Below are positions 33,796 through 46,740 of a stretch of 64,000 nucleotides of DNA, piece by piece; positions within the stretch are counted from its first letter, which is position 1, and each line of letters begins with the position of its first letter. This DNA comes from Somniosus microcephalus (taxonomy: Eukaryota): the NCBI GenBank assembly GCA_052327205.1, contig CM126214.1, positions 185,814,001 to 185,878,000 of the forward strand. The letters are read 5' to 3'. A model generated the notes under the pieces. The model was not told where the DNA came from. It saw nothing but the letters and a program-made list of their open reading frames with translations, and did no database searches. Made by a program: the position numbers and the translations under genes.

Positions 33796-34304
33796 TTTTT
33801 GCTCCTCAACTCCATTTTTCCACCTTTGATCCATTTCCCTTGATACCCTTACCTAACAAGAATCTATCAATCTTAGTCTTGAAAATTTGAATTGACTCCC
33901 AGCATCCACAGAGATTTTGGCGGGGGGGGGGGCGGGTTTCCACTATCTTTGGGGACTGAACCCATGTCCTGACCCATGATGTTACTATGGCAACCTGCTA
34001 AGACTGTTAAAATTACTGATATTAAAAGCAAAACAACCTGATGGCAGTCGAGTTCTATTTCTCCTTTTTGCCATGGGGGAGGGCGGGGGGGGGGGGTGGA
34101 GGGGTGGTGTGGGGGTGGCGGGGAGTGGCAGGAACCAGAATTTTACCCCCAAGTCAGAAGGCTGTGGGTTCAAAACCCCACTCCAGAGACTCCAGCTCTT
34201 GTCTACGCTGACACTCCAGTGCAGCACTGAGGGAGTGCTACATTGCGGGGGGTGAGTGTGTTGGAGTTGAATGTTTTAATTGGTTAATTATAAGAAGGAG
34301 AATT

Positions 34305-34705
34305 AAACATAGAAACATAGAAACATAGAAGATAGGAGCAGGAGTAGGCCATTCGGCTCTTCGAGCCTGCTCCACCATTCAATGAGACCATGGCTGATCC
34401 TCCAAATTCAGTACCCTGTCCCTGCTTTCTCCCCATATCCCTTGATCCCTTTAGCCTTAAGAAATATATCCAACTCCTTCTTGAATATATTTAATGAACT
34501 GGCCTCCACCGCCCTCTGTGGCAGAGAATTCCACAGGTTCACCACTCTCTGGGTGAAGAAATTCCTCCTCATTTCAGTCCTAAATGGCTTACCCCTTATC
34601 CTTAGACTGTGACCCCTGGCTCTGGACTCCCCCGCCATCGGGAACATCCTTCCTGCATCTAGTCTGTCCAGGCCTGACAGAATTTTATAGGTTTCGATGA
34701 GAATT
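34305..34705 (-). mobile_element. CR1 3' fragment
   Basis: ORF 34408-34647; (ATGTTTCT)n tail. Confidence 0.9.
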
Positions 34706-34851
34706 GTAATGTTTGCGATGCTGTTGCTAGCTACAGAGAATTATGGCAAACTATTGCTTTAAAACCAGATTGTGACCCCTTAATTATCACTCTACCGCAC
34801 CATTGGCAGGTTTCAGCACCACGGGACCCCATTTCACTGTGTCATGGGAAG

Positions 34852-35229
34852 TAGGGTTGCCAACTCTGATTGGACGCATTCCTGGAGGTTTCATCCCATG
34901 ACCTCCTGCCTCCAACCGTCCCGCCCCCACAGTCCCGCCATTGGTCGCCCAACACGTCCATCCTCGCAGCGCCTCATCTTCCCACGGCCAATTGCAAAGC
35001 GAACAGACTCTTTGTCACCTGATTGGACGATTCTTGGCCGTCAGTCAAAACATCCTTTTTTCCCCCCACCTCCAATATTTTTATAACTAACAAACAAAAG
35101 TGATCAAAGAAAATGAAAAAATACCACACAATTCTTTTTAATGGTTTTTTTCTCCCGTGAGTTGCCCGCCGCAGTGTCCTGGAGATTAGTTCCTGGCAAC
35201 TCCCGGCCAATCCCAGAGGGTTGGTAAAC
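34852..35229 (+). mobile_element. hAT-like MITE
   Basis: TAGGGTTGCCAAC..GGGTTGGTAAAC ends; third copy of this family in the window. Confidence 0.65.
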
Positions 35230-35406
35230 CAACGTTCTCGCTAAGGGGCGCGCGTATGCGACGGCGCAGTAATCCTAAAGGTCCCGCGCGGGGCCGCTCA
35301 CCGGCTTTTCCACTGTAAACACCGCACGTGTGCAGACATTTAAAGGGACCGCGCGTTAAAAGAAAAGAGGCCGCGCAGAACGAAGCGCCGCTTACAGGGA
35401 ACGTTG
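35230..35406. mobile_element. Short hAT-like MITE
   Basis: Imperfect TIR CAACGTTCTCGCTAAG / CTTACAGGGAACGTTG. Confidence 0.6.
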
Positions 35407-35747
35407 GTGGAAGGGCAGGACAAGAGTTGGTGCCCCATGATTTCCTTCACTCAGCGAGTTTCTGATCTCACCCATACAATCAGAGAAGGTGGCAATTGGA
35501 AGCCAAGTACTTTACCACAGAGAGAAGAGAGAAATACCAGTGGAGCGGGGGGGCGGCGGGGGGGGGGGTATCCTGATAGCTAGTAAGAACCTACATTTAT
35601 ATAGCACCTTTCATACAACAAAACATCCCAAGGCACTTTACAGAGAAAGTGGGTGGACATCAAAATATTTTTAACTTATTTTTAAATTATTTTCTCTTGC
35701 TAATTGGAACACCCTCTCCCGAGTGAATATTGCCACATTCAGTGACT

Positions 35748-36178
35748 GAAAGAAAGACTTGCATTTCTATATTACCTTTCACGACCACCGGACGTCTCAA
35801 AGTGCTTTACAGCCAAAGAAGTACTTTTTTTGAAGTGCAGTCACTGTTGTAATGTGGGAAACGCAGCAGCCAATTTGCGCACAGCAAGCTCCCACAAACA
35901 GCAATGTGATAATGACCAGATAATCTGTTTTTGTTCTGTTGATTGAGGGATAAATATTGGCCCCAGGACACTGGGGATAACTCCCCTGCTCTTCTTTGAA
36001 ATAGTGCCGTGGGATCTTTACGCCCACCTGAGAGGGCAGACGGGGCCTGGGTTTAACGTCTCATCTGAAAGACGGCACCTCCGACATTGCAGCACTCCCT
36101 CAGCACTGGCACTGGGAGTGTCAGCCGAGATTTATGTGTTCAGGTCCCTGGAGCGAGACTGTGAACCCACAACCTTCG

Positions 36179-36213
<35 letters not shown>

Positions 36214-36220
36214 GCTGACA
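35748..36220 (-). mobile_element. Full-length Deu-domain tRNA-SINE
   Basis: Family match. Confidence 0.85.
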
Positions 36221-36315
36221 CAACAAGGAAAGTTAGGAGAATGAGCAAAAGCTGGTTAAAAAAAGGTAAATTTAGAGGAAACTTTTGAAAGTGGAGAGAA
36301 ATGTATTGAGACAAT

Positions 36316-37159
36316 GGGCTCGATTTTCCAAGCCCCGAGGAGGCGGGCTTGGAGGCGGGAGTGGTGGGAAAATTGCAGAATCGGGGGGCAGGAACCCATC
36401 CCGCCCCCAACCCGCCTCCGTGCCAATGTCCCAGGAGGTGGGTACCCGACCTGTGCTGGGAGCCGCCTCCCCGAGGCGGGAAGGGGATTAGTGCCAATTA
36501 ACTGCCTGTTAACAGGTAGTTAACAGGCAGTTTTTTGCCTAATCCCTATTTTTAGCCCTGAAGTGTGGGCTGTCCGACGGTTCCGAACCACGCCAAGTTA
36601 GCGAGGCGAACTGTCAGTCTGCAGGGGTTGGAGGGGTCGAGATGTCCGTTGTGTAGGTGAGTGATGGGTGCATGTGTGCAGAGGTAAGTGTGTGAGGTAA
36701 GTGTAAAGTGTTTTAATAAGTTTTACTTACCTTTACTTTCTCCTGCAGGCTTCCTTCCTTCAGTTCTCGGGAGTCCCTCAGCTCACCGGCACAGAAAGCA
36801 GAATGGCCGCTGAACTGTCAAAAGCTGCAGCCTCTGCCCTCTGGTCTGGAGAGCTCTCTAACTGAGTCTGAGTAGAAGGACTCAAGTTAGAAGACAGATT
36901 GTCCGTGTTTGACAGCTTCACAGAGCCGTCAAACGCTGATTTTTCATCTGTCAAAAGCTCTTGACAGATGAAATGTCAATCGCTGACATCACCAGTAACC
37001 AGGTGTCCCTTAATTGGCCTGCTGAGCCCACTGGGCGAGCTTAACAAGGTCAATCAAGGGAAAATAGCGTGGGTTGGTCACAAGACGATGGAGGCGGGAC
37101 TACAACCCAAAAAGTGGGAGCCCCGCCTCCAAAAGCTCCCCATTGACAAAATCAAGCCC
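36316..37159. mobile_element. Harbinger-type MITE
   Basis: TIRs GGGCTCGATTTT / AAAATCAAGCCC resemble the young element TIR GGGCTAGATTTT; TSD not conserved. Confidence 0.75.
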
Positions 37160-37299
37160 AGAGGTTCAGGAACATAATTCCAGAATGCAGGAGCATGCTG
37201 GCATAAGGTTCCGCCACGGATAGTGGAGTGGAAGGTGCAGTGAGGGACACAGTTGACCAGAATTGAACGAAAAAAGGTTTGCATACAGATAGGTATTAA

Positions 37300-37765
37300 G
37301 AAAGAAAGACTTGCATTTCTACAGCGCCTTTCACGACCACCGGACGTCGCAAAGCGCTTTACAGCCAATGAAGTACTTTTTTTTTGAAGTGGCGCCACTG
37401 TTGTAATGTAGGAAATGTGGCAGCCAATTTGCACACAGCAAGCTCCCACAAACAGCAGTGTGATAATGGCCAGATAATCTGTTTTAATGATGTTGATTGA
37501 GGGATAAATATTGGCTTGGATACCGAGGGAGAACTCCCCTGCTCTTCTTCGAAATAGTGGCCTTGGGATCTTTTACATCCATCTGAGGGGGCAGACGGGG
37601 CCTCGGTTTAACGTCTCACCCGAAAAACAGCACCTCCGACAGTGTATTGCTATTCTCGCGCGCCAGCCTAGAATTTTTTTGCTCAAGTCTGGAGTGGGAC
37701 TTGAACTGCACAACCTTCATGACTCAAAGCTAAGTGGTTGCTACCCACTGAGCCACGGCTGACAT
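37300..37765 (-). mobile_element. Deu-domain tRNA-SINE
   Basis: Family match. Confidence 0.85.
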
Positions 37766-37846
37766 TAAGTAGGATCAATAGAGGGGTAAGAGCAGATGAC
37801 CTACAAAGTGTATGTCAGGGATTGGAACCTGACCCTGGAAGACTTA

Positions 37847-37985
37847 AGCCCTGATTTTAACCTAACCCGTCTGACTTTAGTCTCCATTGACTTCAATCGA
37901 ACGTAAAGATCGGGCGGGGTGTGAAACGGCCGTTGACCCGAACCCTCCCCGGTACGGGCGAAGGCATTCGGTTAAAATCGGGGCT
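37847..37985. mobile_element. Short Harbinger-type MITE
   Basis: TIR AGCCCTGATTTTAAC / GTTAAAATCGGGGCT; central CCATTGACTTCAAT motif. Confidence 0.7.
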
Positions 37986-38494
37986 TTCAGGAATGGGAAG
38001 TAACTGCCAAAGTCACAAAACTTGGAAGAAAATTCCTCGCATTTGCGAATGGAATTACTGTAGCACCATCCGGTGGTAGATTGCAGAATCTGCAACCACT
38101 TTTTCTCGTACACATTTCCTCAGTTGAGGCAGCTCAGGTGGCCATGGGTCTCTTGAAAAAATAAACCATTTTCCATATCCCAGCCTGACCACCCACCAAT
38201 GAGTTCCTATGACAACAGATACTGGACAAGCACCAGGCACCATGACACTAATAGCAGATCCTGGGAAATAGTCCAGAGAGACATGAGAAATGGCTCTAGC
38301 ATAAATGCGTTAGCCTGGGAATTGTGGCCAGTCCCTAGTGTGCCATTGTTTAATAGCGAGCTGCCCAAAGCTTGGTGGTCTTGGCTGGGAGATGACATCA
38401 GTCTAATTCCTGCCAGCCCTCAACTGTTTTCCTATTTAGATTAGGGTGGATCTAATCAGCCAGGCAGAGGTGCCAGCAACTATTATGTGACTTC

Positions 38495-38980
38495 ATTCCT
38501 GGGATGTGGGGAGTCCCTGGCAAGGCCAGGCATTTATTGCCCATCCCTAATTGCCCTTGAGAAGGTGGTGGTGAGCTACCACTGCAGTCTGTGTGGTGTA
38601 GATACTCCCACAGTGCTATTAGACTTTTTTGTAGTGGTCAGATACAACTGAGTGGCGTATTAGGCCATTTCAGAGGGAAGGTTAAGAGTCAACCAACATT
38701 GCTGTAGGTCTGGAGTCACATATCGGCCAGACCGGGTAAGGACAGCAGATTTCCTTCCCTAAAGGACATTAGTTTAACCAAATGGGTTTTTACAGCAATC
38801 CAGTAGTTTCATGGTCACCATTACTGATACCAGCTTTTTAGTACAGATTTTTTATTTAATTAGCTTAATTTAAATTCCCCAGCTGCCATGGTGGGATTTG
38901 AATTTATGTTGCTCAAATACATGAGTCCAGGCCTCTGAATTACTAGTTCAGCAACATATCCACTATGCTACCGTGCCGCC
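38495..38980 (-). mobile_element. tRNA-derived SINE (family of 12760-13240)
   Basis: Reverse-complement similarity including head and tail. Confidence 0.75.
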
Positions 38981-39987
38981 TATAGTGATACAATAGTGGG
39001 GCGATGTCTTTATGCATCCTCGAGAGATGTAGTGATGTACTTGTTTTAGTCCATTGCAATCTAGTGGGTGAGGGCAGGGATGTATAGGGAGCTTCACATG
39101 CTGGTGTGCAAAATGAGGATCTGCCTTCGTGGCTTAATGAGTACTTGAACTTTAGGGGGCTGAACACGAGACAAGAGAGAAACTGAATGTTGAGCCAAGT
39201 GTAAGTGAGTGATCTGCAAGTGCTCGTGAGCCTGGGTCAGACGGTTATGCATCCAGCGGAAGTGCTGCATTGTCAGAGGTGCCATCAATCGGACAAGATG
39301 TCAAGCTGAGGTCCTGTCTGCCTGTTCCGGTGATTCAAGTATGCATCAATGATCCCATGACACCATTTGAAGAAGAGCAGGAAATTCTTGCCATCAGTTC
39401 TACGAATACTATGAAAAGAAAACAGACGGAGCGATTATTCATCTCATTGCTACATGTCATCGCTGGTGCAGAATGGCTGCCGTGTTTTGGGGGGGGGTGC
39501 GGAGGGGGCAGGGAACCATCCTTTGTGGCTTAATTAAGGATTTTGTTGATAAGCTGTGCTCCAATAGTGGGTATTTATCATTGATCGGTAGGTCCACACA
39601 GTAATTTACTGCTGCGGGTAAACTAATAGTCAGTTTAGTGGGACGCTGTTCATTAAACAGCACGACAAGCAGAAACGAGCCACTTGACCCTTGTAAGCAA
39701 GTGAGGACACCATTATTCATTTCACTGGAGGCAGAGGAAAGAGGAAAACGGTGCAGACTGACTCTCGGAGAAAGAGGAGAGTGAGGTAGCATCTGCCAGG
39801 ACTGGAGAGCCAATATCCAACACCGCCAGGAAGAAGCGCAGGAAGGATGTTACTTCCACTCTGTGATCCGACACAGATCTTGCTGCAGACAGGCTGTGCT
39901 CAGTCAGGATCGAGCCTTCAGTTCTTATTATACTGATCTGTCCAACAAGATCAAAGCACATCAGACAATGCATCATAAAATAAATAA

Positions 39988-40458
39988 AAGAAAGGCTTGC
40001 AGTTACATATGACGCCTTTCAGGACTTCGGGACGTCCCAAAGCGCTTTAGGGCCAATGAAGTACTTTTTTTGAAGTGTGTAGACTCTGTTGTAACATAGA
40101 AAAGGCGGCAGCCAATTTGCACACAGCAAGGTCCCACAAACAGCAATGAGATAATGACCAGATAATTTGTTTTTTTTTTAGTGATGTTGATTGAGGAATA
40201 AACATTGGCCAGGACACTGGGGAGAACTTCCCCTGCTCTTCTTCGAAATAGTGGCCATGGGATCTTTTATATCCACCTGAGAGGGCATTCTGGGATACAT
40301 AGGCAATCTGGTCTTCCCTAACTTGTCTGACAAACCTTTATTAAATTGGCTGTCACATTTCCTACATTACAACAGTGACTACACTTCAAAAAGTACTTCA
40401 TCTCTTTGGGACGTCCTGAGATCGTGAAAGCTGCTGTATAAATGCAAGTTCTTTCTTT
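39988..40458. mobile_element. Two Deu-SINE fragments (- 39988-40287; + 40342-40458)
   Basis: Family match. Confidence 0.75.
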
Positions 40459-40497
40459 ATATGTGGGGATGAAGAGAAAAGTTACATCAGAAATTGT

Positions 40498-41130
40498 GTG
40501 GTCGGCTTTAACCCCGCCCTCCCCTACAGCCCGACAGGAACCGTGTGGGCGGGGGGAGTTAGGATTGATAGGAGGGGGGTCACACTGCATTCCCACCCCC
40601 AAGCCCCCAACACTATTGTAACCTACCTCAGAACAGGCAGTGGAGGACCACATGCCCCTTGCAGGCGTAGGTCTACTTTACATGGAAAAGTTGCTGCCCG
40701 ATGACATCATCGGCGCCATGAGGCCATCTTTACTCCAGGATTCGGGAGGCCCAAAAGCTCTACCACAGAAGGACCAGAAGGGGCCAAGGTAAGTTAAAAA
40801 AATATACTTTTATGTGCCATCCTTGTGGGCCAGGAGGAGCAGGAGTAATCCCCCTGACCTCTGCAAGGATTCCCTGGATTGCAACCACGGCATTGCCTCT
40901 CCCTCCCAGCGCCTGGATCTTCAGCCGAACCCCCCTCTTCCAGCGCTAACTTCATCCTATGGACCGTTGCCTTGTGTCCCCGGTGTCCTCGGGCTCCCGA
41001 GCCCAACATCTGCTTCCGCCGGTTGAGGGGGAGAGACGGTGCCGGATCATTTAAATGAGGCCGAGTGGCTAAAATGACCCAGGCTTCACGCTGATCAACC
41101 CCGCTATTGCAGTGAAATTATTAAAATCCA
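40498..41130. mobile_element. Possible degenerate Harbinger-type MITE
   Basis: GC-rich block with weak ends GGCTTTAAC / ATTAAAATCC; internal AGGTAAGT followed by an AT tract, as in the other MITEs. Confidence 0.4.
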
Positions 41131-41584
41131 AAATGCATATATATATAACCTTTTGCAATATGGCCCTCCGATGGTCTAATGGATAAAATCATCTTCTGGT
41201 ATAAGCCGCTTGGAATACAAGGTTCCCAACTTCATTCCCTGGTCTATGCCAAGATAGCTAGTCTCAGCTATTGATGTAATAGGTGTTAGATCCGTGTATC
41301 TTAATGTTGTGTCCTTCAATAATCAGACAACAGACTGCAGGGAACGATTCAACAGGTGTTTACTGAATGAGGGTTACTCTAGAACTAACTGTACAGATCA
41401 CTACTCAGGGTTTATATACAGGTGTGGTCACTGCCGGTACTACAGTATACAGGAGCTGTAAAAAGTAGTTCTCTCCCTTAAAGGTACATACATTACAATT
41501 CCTCCCCTTTTAGATTAACAGTACCATAATACTCATTTAACAATTAACATTTTTAATATACAATGTTATATGAAAATAGTCCAT

Positions 41585-44500
41585 TCATATATTCAGTCTC
41601 TGGGGAGGCTTCCTGATTCTTTCTGGATAACGCCTTTCCCGAGTGTCTCGCTCTTGGTGCGGAGGCGATTCTAGCACCCTGTCGTCAGTTGATTCATCAG
41701 CTTCCAATGCTATTGTTTCTGAGGTAGATGCGACCTGTACGTTGGGTTCCTCACCAGGTACGTATGGCCGAGACATGGGGTTGACTCGTTCCTGTGACTC
41801 TAGGATCTGGTCAGCATGGCGTCTCACGATGTTCTCCCCAACATCCACTGTGTGCATTAGTGGCCCCTGCCGTGTGCATATCGTTCCTGGTTGCCATTTC
41901 TCTGTTCGGTAGTCGCGGGCCAAGACTGGTTGTCCTACATTGAAGCTCCTTGTCGGCTTCTCATTGATGTGCTGGAATTGTTTACCCTCAACATCTCTTC
42001 GTACATTTGGTCTGAGCAAATCCAGACGAGATCTCAACCTTCGGTTAAAGAACATCATGGCCGGGGCCTGGTTGGTGACTGCATGTGTCGCATTTCTGTA
42101 GGCTAACAGGAAATTGTCCACCTTATGCTGCAGTGGAATGTCGTCATCGCACATGGCCTTTACTGCTTTTTTAAAGGTTTGTACGAACCTCTCAGCCAAT
42201 CCATTTGTGGCTGGATGATACGGGGCGGATGTGTAATGCCTTACCCCATTCCTTTTCATAAATCTTTGAAACTCTTCGGACACAAACTGTGGTCCGTTAT
42301 CAGAGCACATCTGCTCTGGCAAGCCGTTCCTGGCAAAAATGGTCCGTAGGACTGCAATAGTTTTCTCCGTGGTGGTGGAGGACATTTTGATCACCTCAGG
42401 CCATTTCGAGTGCGCATCCACGGCTATTAAAAACATTGAGTCCATGAATGGACCAGCAAAATCAATATGCACCCGTTGCCATGGAGATGAGGGCCACTCC
42501 CATGGGTGTAGAGGGGCATGTGGTGGTGCATTTTGGACCTTCTGGCATCCTGAGCAGCTCTTTGACAAGTCCTCGATTTGCTGATCGATCCCCGGCCACC
42601 ACACATAAGCTCTAGCAAGCCTTTTCATTTTCACCCCTCCCAGATGGCCTTCGTTAAGCTCATTGAGCACTCTCTCCCTTAACTTGGGTGGAATTACTAC
42701 TCGGGAGCCACACATCAAGGTCCCCTGGCATACTGACAGCTGTTCTCTTCTGGATGAGAATGCTGGCAACAGTGAGTCGCCATGTGCTGGCCATCCCTTC
42801 ACCGTCAAATCATATACCCAAGACAGTGTCGGGTCATTTCGGGTCTCCTTCTCTATACAAGCGTTAGTTACTGGCAAGCATTCAATTATAGTCGAATGAA
42901 ATATTTCGACAGGATCCACTGCTAGTGCTTCCTCCGCAGTAGGCAGTGGCAGGCGTGATAGCCCATCAGCGTTTCCATGCTGTTTCGTACCCTTATACTC
43001 GATTTCATATTGGTGCGCCCCTAGAAAAAGGGACCATCTTTGTAGCCGTTGCGCAGTCATCATCGGAATGCCCTTCTTTGGATTAAAGATGGAGACAAGT
43101 GGTTGGTGGTCAGTCAGCAAGGTGAACTTCTGCCCGTGCAGATAGTGATTGAACTTTTTCACTCCCCACACTAGGCTGAGGGCCTCCCTGTCAATCTGGG
43201 CGTAGTTACGCTCGGCTGAGGTTAGTGATCGTGACGCAAAGGCTATTGGCCTCTGAGCCGTCCGAGAATTTGTGCGACAGCACTGCTCCAATACCGTAGG
43301 GTGACGCATCACATGCCAACCGAATTGGTAATGCCGGGTTGTAATGGGCCAATACCTCTTTCGATGTGATTAGTGTTTTGCTCTTCTGGAAAGCTCGTCT
43401 ACATTCATCACTCCACTTCCATGGCACCCCAGTTTGCAGTAGGGTGTTCAGTGGGTGTAGTATTGTAGACAAATTTAGCAAGAACTTATGGTAGTAGTTT
43501 ACCAGCCCGAGGAACAACCTCAGTTGTGACACATTTTCCGGTGCTGGAGCCTTGACTACTGCCTCAATCTTCTCTGGGGACTTATGTAACCCCTCTTTAT
43601 CGATAACGTGGCCACAATACGAGATCTGTTTTCTAAAAAACTCGCATTTGGGGCAGTTAGCTCGGAGCCCATATTCCTGCAATCTAGTGAGCTCCTGCTC
43701 CAGGTTGGCAAGGTGACCACTGTCATTTTCGCCCGTGACCAGGATGTCGTCCAAATAACACTCGGTCCCTGGGATCCCTTGCAGGACTTGTTCCATTGCC
43801 CTCTGCCAAATAGCCAGAGCTGATGATACCCCAAATACCAGCCGGTTGTATTGGTAGAGACCTTTATGGGTGTTGATTGTGAGGTATTTTTTTGATGCTT
43901 CTTCTACCTCCATTTGCAGATACTCCTGGGCCAGATCAATCGTTTCCCTCCAGATAGCGAGGCGAAAATATCTTCAATCCGCGGAAGTGGATATTGTACG
44001 GTGTGAAGGACCGGGTTCACTGTTACCTTAAAGTCCCCACAGATGCGAACCTTCCTTGGTTCCCCAGGCGTGCTGCTCAACGACTTTTTCATCACAGGGA
44101 CGATGGGTGTAGCCCACTCGCTCCAGTCTACCTTGGACAGTACACCTGAACGTTCCAGACTCTCCAGCTCTGCTTCGACGGCTGGGCGGATCGCATAAGG
44201 TACCAGTCTGGCCTTAAAAAATTTTGGGCTTGCGTTTTCTTCAATTTTAATCAACGCTGTCATGCCTTTTAGTGTTCCGAGTCCTTGCTGGAACACTTCT
44301 TTCACGTCAGTTAGGATCTTTGACAGTCGCCCAGGTGTGACGTCGTCATCCTTTTTGTCAGCCACAGTCAGTGCCTGTATGGAATGCCAATCTAGCTGTA
44401 TCTTCCGGATCCATTCACATCCTAGTAGTGGTGGTCCTCCATCTGGCAATACATATAGGTCCATTTTTGGTGTTTCCTTGCCGTTATATATAACGTTCAC

Positions 44501-46368
44501 CCTTATTTTTCCTTTGGGGTAGACTTTTTGCCCCGTGTACGTCTTCAAGACAATCTTTGTATCTCTCAAGGGTATATGTGAGAATAGCCGCTTGTAGTCC
44601 CTTCGGTTTATGACTGTTAGGGCTGATCCTGTGTCCAATTCCATTTTCACTTGGACTCCTGCTATCTTGAGCGTGACCCAGATAGTTTGGGGATCCTCCG
44701 TTTTGATCACATTATGTAGTTTCAGACAACCCAGCTCCTTGCTTCCGGAGTCTGTATCACTCTTCTGTTCGTCTGAACTACTCTCCGTCACCTTATGTAC
44801 CTTCTTGTACTTCTCCTGTGGAGATTTCTTGCTGCTGGTTTTCTTTCCCGACCTGCAGACTCTTGCTATGTGTCCTACTTTTCCACACTGTCTGCACACT
44901 TGGTCCTTGAACCAGCAATCATTATGGTCGTGTGAGGGTGCCAGTCAGTTCCTTCTGTAACCTCTAGATGGCACCTTCACTTGTTTGTTTTCCAGCCCTT
45001 TGTTAATTGTTCCTAGCCTCCTGTGTTAATGCTTAACGGCCTGTTAGCTGTTCATGGGTTGCACCTGGTTTTCTTGGTATATAAGTTCTATGGTTGTTTC
45101 ACTCCTTGCTCAGTCCTAACTAGGGACTAGCCTTTGCTCTGTGGCCCCTGGCTTTAATTAGCTGGGTGCCATGGTTCTCTCGAGCTCTGTATTTAAGAGG
45201 TATTCTCGAGCTTTGTATTTAAGATGTATTCTCGAGCTCTGTATTTAAAATGTAATTAACTCTGTGTTCTTGTTGTTCTTAGTCTTGATAAGGTGCTTGT
45301 CTGGACTGGCGTGTTGCCATGCTGGCGCTTGTCTTGAGCTCTTGAGAAGCCTGTTACCCCTGCGGCAGCCCCTCGTGATAGCTTGTCTCGAGTCACGTCT
45401 CGGCAAGCTGGTTGCGCTTGTGGTAAGCTTATCCCAGCTCAGTATGGACGAGTATGATGCCTCATGGAAGCTGTCCTGAGTTCCTATTCTTGACTAGCTG
45501 TTTTGTAACTTGTCTCGAGTTCTATGTATATTGTTCTTCTCTCGAGTTCTATGTATGATGTGTTTTCCTGTCTCGAGTTCTTACGTATGCTGTTGTGTTC
45601 TTGTATGAATCTAGTTATGTGTGAATCTAGTTAAGTAATGAATAAAGTACTGTTCCTTAAGATTGTATACCTGCCTTTAGCCTGGTTTCTGCACTTGGGT
45701 CCAGAACCTACCTTGCCCGGAGGGCACGGCCCCGTATCTACACGGCCCCGTGGCTCCCCAACCCTGACAGGTCGTGTGTTGTTCTGCCGCAGCGATAGCA
45801 CTTCACTGTTCCGTATGACATTTCATTTGTGCCATATTCTTGCGGTCTCCGTTGTATCTCTGCAGCGCCCCGTGCTGCTGCTTCGTGTGATACTGCAATG
45901 CTGAAAGCCTTGTCCAGCGTAAGATCCTTTTCTGACAGAAGCCGTTTCTGGGTTCCTTCACTTTGAAACCCACACACAAACTTGCCCCTTAAAGTATCTG
46001 CTAGTCCCGTTCCAAACTGGCAGTGTTTCGATAGCTTGCGCAGTTCCGTTAAATACTCAGCATTACTTTCATCTTTATGCTGGTTCCTTTTGTGAAACTT
46101 AAATCTTTCTGCTATCAGCAGCAGTGTGGGGTTTAAGTGGTCCTGTGGGATTGACACTGTTTTCAAAATCCTTTTCTAAGGGCTTCTCTGGGGTTACTAG
46201 GTTTTGTAGTAAGCCATACGTTTTTGCACCCATTGAATTCAACAATACCAGCGCTTTCTTGTCATCTGGCACTTCATTCGCCTTGCAGTATACTTCTATG
46301 CGTTCGACATATGTCGTCCAATCTTCGACTTCATTGTCGAACGCTGTGATACTGCCACTCTTCGGCAT
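41585..46368 (-). pseudogene. Gypsy gag-pol with frameshifts and an LTR insertion
   Basis: Gag 46368-45775; zinc knuckle region split by the insertion; PR LDTGS; RT YLDD; RNase H CDASPYG/ERNYAQIDREAL; IN HHCC and D,D35E; frame breaks near 46160, 43940 and 43255. Confidence 0.93.
44931..45769 (+). mobile_element. Solo LTR (839 bp) of another family nested in Gypsy gag
   Basis: TGTGAGGGT..ACCCTGACA ends; 5-bp TSD GGTCG; TATATAA ~45078; AATAAA 45641; internal CTCGAG-containing tandem repeats. Confidence 0.88.
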
Positions 46369-46384
46369 TTTTGGGTGTGGTTAG

Positions 46385-46740
46385 ACTGGCTTAAAATGGC
46401 GTCTCCTGCGCTTTCCTTTCTTCCCCGCTGCGGCTTAAAATGGCGTCTCCCGCGTGGCTGCCAACGCCGCTCTCGGCGGTCCTCGTGGCAAATGGCGACG
46501 CCCTGTGGGTTTCGTGCGCTGCTCCTGCGCTGCTGCCAATGCCGCTCTCTGCGGTCCTCGTGGCAATGGCAGCGCCTCACATTTTCCTGCGCGCCTCTCT
46601 CCCCCATCGACGCTGCTCGGTCCTGAACACTGGCTGCGCTCTGCTCTCTCTCGTCTCTCCCCCGTTGACGCCGCTCGGTCCTGAACACCGGCTGCACCCT
46701 GTGCGCTCTGCCCTCTCTCTCTCCCCCGTCGACGCTGCTT
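46385..46740. repeat. Short tandem duplications in the Gypsy 5' leader
   Basis: GGCTTAAAATGGCGTCTCC x2; GCGGTCCTCGTGGCAA x2; TCTCCCCC.T.GACGC.GCT x3. Confidence 0.8.
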
